Virus record (IMG/VR): IMGVR_UViG_3300044644_001125
Coordinates: 263,257-327,256 of that record
Reading direction: 5' to 3' (one strand)
Length of the DNA stretch: 64,000 nucleotides
How positions within the stretch are numbered: the first letter of the stretch is position 1; each line of letters opens with the position of its first letter. Shown here piece after piece: positions 61,572 through 64,000 of this stretch. Below the pieces are notes generated by a model. The model did no database searches. It had not been told where the DNA came from and worked only from the letters and a program-made list of their open reading frames with translations. Position numbers and translations under genes: made by a program.

Positions 61572-61595
61572 GCGAGCACCGCTAGGTGCGAGCCA
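61572..61595 (+). repeat. GCGA-stem-loop-GAGCCA element
   Basis: Exact copy 5 nt after the stop of 61276..61566. Confidence 0.85.
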
Positions 61596-61609
61596 ATAGG
61601 AAAACAACA

Positions 61610-61933
61610 ATGATTGAAATAGCACCCAAAGAATACGAAATTAGTATAGGTTACCAAGAAGCAAGGATGTATTGCTTTTCACTTAACATTGATGGTAAAA
61701 TAGGTTGGAGATTACCTACAATTGAAGAGTTGGAAAACATCTATACCTGTGTGAATGATTTTATGAAAAACGGGTGGTATTGGTCATCGACTGAAGTTGA
61801 AAACGGAGTTTGGTTTAAATCATTTAGTCGATACCCGAAACACGGACCAACTGGATGGAAAGATATCATCTATTTTGACGAATTTCATACAAATGTAAAC
61901 TCCTGTTTAGTCAGACCAGTGAGAGACCTATGA
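61610..61933 (+). CDS. DUF1566/Lcl-C protein
   Basis: MIEIAPKE start after AGGA; GWRLPTIEEL, YWSSTE, VRPVRD. Confidence 0.8.
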   Translation: MIEIAPKEYEISIGYQEARMYCFSLNIDGKIGWRLPTIEELENIYTCVNDFMKNGWYWSSTEVENGVWFKSFSRYPKHGPTGWKDIIYFDEFHTNVNSCLVRPVRDL

Positions 61934-62271
61934 CTTATTTTTCAACAAAACTTTACCCGCCAACTCCACGATTACCATGTCAACTGTCGGATTCTATGTA
62001 TTGGAAGAAAATGTCTTGGGAAGAAGCCAAGATGTATTGCTTTTCTCTTAATGACAGGGGTATAATTGGATGGAGATTACCTACGTTATTTGAGTTGAAC
62101 AGTATTATATTACGAGTATCCTCACCACTAGACCATGAATTTGAGATTTGGTCAGAAGAAAATGGACAGGACATTGCTTGGTTTATGTCTAGTCGGAATA
62201 GTCAGAGATTGGCAAGCAAGTATATGGATGATATTTACTGTATCCCAGTTCGAGATCTAAAAGACGATTAA
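61930..62271 (+). CDS. DUF1566/Lcl-C protein (divergent)
   Basis: SWEEAKMYC, GWRLPTLFEL, CIPVRDLKDD. Confidence 0.75.
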   Translation: MTYFSTKLYPPTPRLPCQLSDSMYWKKMSWEEAKMYCFSLNDRGIIGWRLPTLFELNSIILRVSSPLDHEFEIWSEENGQDIAWFMSSRNSQRLASKYMDDIYCIPVRDLKDD

Positions 62272-62291
62272 TACCACTGAGAAAAACCAAA

Positions 62292-62588
62292 ATGAACTTT
62301 GAAATAGCACCAAAATCAACCGAAATACTATCCACATGGAATGATGCCCGTTTGTATTGTTTCTCTCTTATTATTGATGATAAAACTGGATGGAGATTAC
62401 CCACTAAAGATGAATTAAACGAAATATACGAATCAGAAAATGATTTTGAAAAACGTTGGTATTGGTCTTCTACTGAGTATAATGGCAACAGCGGCATCTT
62501 GGGTCAGAATATGAATGGTGGCATCCAGGGCTACGGTGGCGGTAAGAACTACGCCGTCGCCTACGTTAGAGCCATCAGATCAATATAA
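62292..62588 (+). CDS. DUF1566/Lcl-C protein with a DGR-like variable region
   Basis: Constant flanks nearly identical to 61276..61566; 62481-62561 is rich in NNC/NNT codons. Confidence 0.82.
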   Translation: MNFEIAPKSTEILSTWNDARLYCFSLIIDDKTGWRLPTKDELNEIYESENDFEKRWYWSSTEYNGNSGILGQNMNGGIQGYGGGKNYAVAYVRAIRSI

Positions 62589-62592
62589 TATC

Positions 62593-62616
62593 GCGAGCAC
62601 CGCTAGGTGCGAGCCA
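62593..62616 (+). repeat. GCGA-stem-loop-GAGCCA element
   Basis: Exact copy 4 nt after the stop of 62292..62588. Confidence 0.85.
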
Positions 62617-62630
62617 ATAAGGAAAACCAA

Positions 62631-63026
62631 ATGACAGAAGACCAATTCCTGCAATCCCTAAAACTAAAGCCTAAGCCAATTGAACCAATCGAGGTTTACG
62701 AGTCTTTGAATATAGAAATTGCACCCAGTCATTACTGTAGGCAACTGACTTGGGCGGATGCAAAACTTTACGCGTTTGCTTTAAACATAGAAGGTAAGAT
62801 CGGATGGAGATTACCGTGTGACGAAGAAATGGGTTGCTTACTTGAAAATCATCCAAGATTTAACGGTTTCTGGTATATGCAATACTGGTGTGATGTAATC
62901 AAATCCGGCCGTATAACATCTAAAGAGTATACTGCGTGGTTGGAACCCACTGGTCTACATTTCCAAACTCGTAATGGCGAATATGTACATAATACTGTCT
63001 TTGTCCGAGATCTAAAAGATGATTGA
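62631..63026 (+). CDS. DUF1566/Lcl-C protein (divergent)
   Basis: ATG after AAGGA; IEIAPS...TWADAKLY, GWRLP..EE, FVRDLKDD. Confidence 0.75.
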   Translation: MTEDQFLQSLKLKPKPIEPIEVYESLNIEIAPSHYCRQLTWADAKLYAFALNIEGKIGWRLPCDEEMGCLLENHPRFNGFWYMQYWCDVIKSGRITSKEYTAWLEPTGLHFQTRNGEYVHNTVFVRDLKDD

Positions 63027-63294
63027 GATATCACCTAAATCATTCGAAAAGCGTCTAACCCACGACGATGCTAAATTTTACGTATTCTCACTAGGTAATG
63101 GTTGGCGATTCCCAACAGTTGAGGAATTGCGAATGATACATGGTTCTGATAATGATTTGGAAAACGAGTTACATTTTACTAATTCCGATACGTTAGTTTC
63201 TTTTAGTTATCGGCGTTTCATCAAATGTTTCGAACGGAATGAATGCGAAGATGATTGTTTTATCAGACCAGTCAGAGATCTAAAAGATGATTAA
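63019..63294 (+). CDS. DUF1566/Lcl-C protein (divergent, short)
   Basis: MIEISPK, GWRFPTVEEL, IRPVRDLKDD. Confidence 0.7.
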   Translation: MIEISPKSFEKRLTHDDAKFYVFSLGNGWRFPTVEELRMIHGSDNDLENELHFTNSDTLVSFSYRRFIKCFERNECEDDCFIRPVRDLKDD

Positions 63295-63302
63295 ATCACC
63301 AT

Positions 63303-63324
63303 AGGCTACTCAGGTAGCCTTTTT
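63303..63324 (+). terminator. Intrinsic terminator closing the DUF1566 array
   Basis: aggctac-tcag-gtagcct plus TTTT. Confidence 0.75.
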
Positions 63325-63375
63325 AATATCTAAAATTCACCATAACATTTCACTATAATACTCCACCATATTATT

Positions 63376-63399
63376 GCGAGTGCCGCTAGGCACGAGCCA
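63376..63399 (+). repeat. GCGA-stem-loop-GAGCCA element (covariant stem)
   Basis: gcga-gtgcc-gcta-ggcac-gagcca. Confidence 0.85.
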
Positions 63400-63470
63400 T
63401 ATCAAAATCAACTGTTTCAAAAGCCTAAATACCGGTAATACTGCCAAATTACGGAAGGCTAAATACAACC

Positions 63471-63710
63471 ATGAAACTACTTGAATTCTTTTATTTTAAC
63501 GACAATTCCGATGGAATGTCTAATGATCGTCGATATGATGCGACACGGGATAGCTCTGTTCTTACGAAATCAGATACCCGTAAGATTAAATTGACTTTAA
63601 GACAAATTAACCAATTGAGATTATCAACCGAAGCCCATGAAGCTGAAAAGCAAGCAGAAGCAGGGTTTATTTCTCAAATGTATTCCAAACCAGTAGATGC
63701 CCAACAATAG
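63471..63710 (+). CDS. Hypothetical late protein
   Basis: 79 aa; two CTAAATA motifs upstream; starts MKLLEFF. Confidence 0.65.
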   Translation: MKLLEFFYFNDNSDGMSNDRRYDATRDSSVLTKSDTRKIKLTLRQINQLRLSTEAHEAEKQAEAGFISQMYSKPVDAQQ

Positions 63711-64000
63711 TCCCGCTTTCGTCTTAGGGAATGGTCGTAGTCGCTTGGCTATTGATTGCTCTCAATTAACAACAAATGGAACTGTTTACGGATGTAATGC
63801 AGTTTATAGGGAATTTGACCCAGACTACTTGATTGCAGTCGATACCAAAATGGTCAATGAAATTGTCTCAACCGGATACCAAGAAACCCACCAAGTTTGG
63901 ACTAATCCCAATAGAGGGATTCATACTAAAAAGAATCTTAACTTCTTTAGTCCACACAAAGGATGGAGCTCAGGTCCAACTGCTCTTTGGTTTGCCGCGT
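63697..64000 (+). CDS. 3'-truncated protein with MptE/DUF115-like glycosyltransferase-related fold
   Basis: Hand translation MPNNSPAFVLGNGRSR...YGCNAVYREFDPDYLIAVD...; runs off the window. Confidence 0.6.
   Translation, partial: MPNNSPAFVLGNGRSRLAIDCSQLTTNGTVYGCNAVYREFDPDYLIAVDTKMVNEIVSTGYQETHQVWTNPNRGIHTKKNLNFFSPHKGWSSGPTALWFAA

Noticed and set aside
61586-62630. Track starts at 61586 and 62607 (GTG inside the hairpin)
   Set aside because: These GTGs are part of the repeat element; the RBS-preceded ATGs at 61610 and 62631 are more plausible starts.
1-64000. Reverse transcriptase, Avd or template repeat for the DGR-like targets
   Set aside because: No ORF with RT motifs (YADD/YxDD in RT context) and no AAC-rich TR-like segment was seen, so a complete DGR cannot be called from this window.
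1-64000. tRNA or rRNA genes
   Set aside because: No cloverleaf with TTCRA T-loop and CCA end, and no rRNA-like segment, was recognised by eye; a tRNAscan-SE run would settle this.

Overview
A 64-kb segment of a large, AT-rich, T4-related myovirus (jumbo-phage-like) genome in the standard genetic code. Left to right: small early/replication genes (PRTase, T4-type RNase H/5'-3' exonuclease); a ~35-kb minus-strand tail/baseplate operon (five fibre-type proteins, a 4529-aa baseplate protein, gp6-, gp25-, gp5-, gp53- and gp48/54-like genes); late sigma factor gp55; gp47/gp46 (Mre11/Rad50) split by a Vsr-like endonuclease; a Holliday junction resolvase; RNase HI; a 1.47-kb non-coding region; a gp26-like/tail chaperone pair with a likely -1 frameshift; tape measure with a lytic transglycosylase-like domain; and a portal gene interrupted by an HNH-type intein. 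The most unusual signals are: (1) ten DUF1566/Lcl-C (C-type lectin fold) paralogs in two arrays, two with a clear DGR-type A-to-N variable-region signature, although no RT or template repeat was seen in the window; (2) a dispersed 24-nt hairpin with covarying stems and invariant tandem G.A mismatches; (3) a promoter-driven ~500-nt highly structured RNA next to rnhA that runs into an iteron-rich, origin-like region; (4) a 12-mer, CTAAAAGATAAT, with about 20 perfect copies at gene ends, inside promoters and in the origin-like region. All product calls come from recognising motifs by eye. No database search was run.
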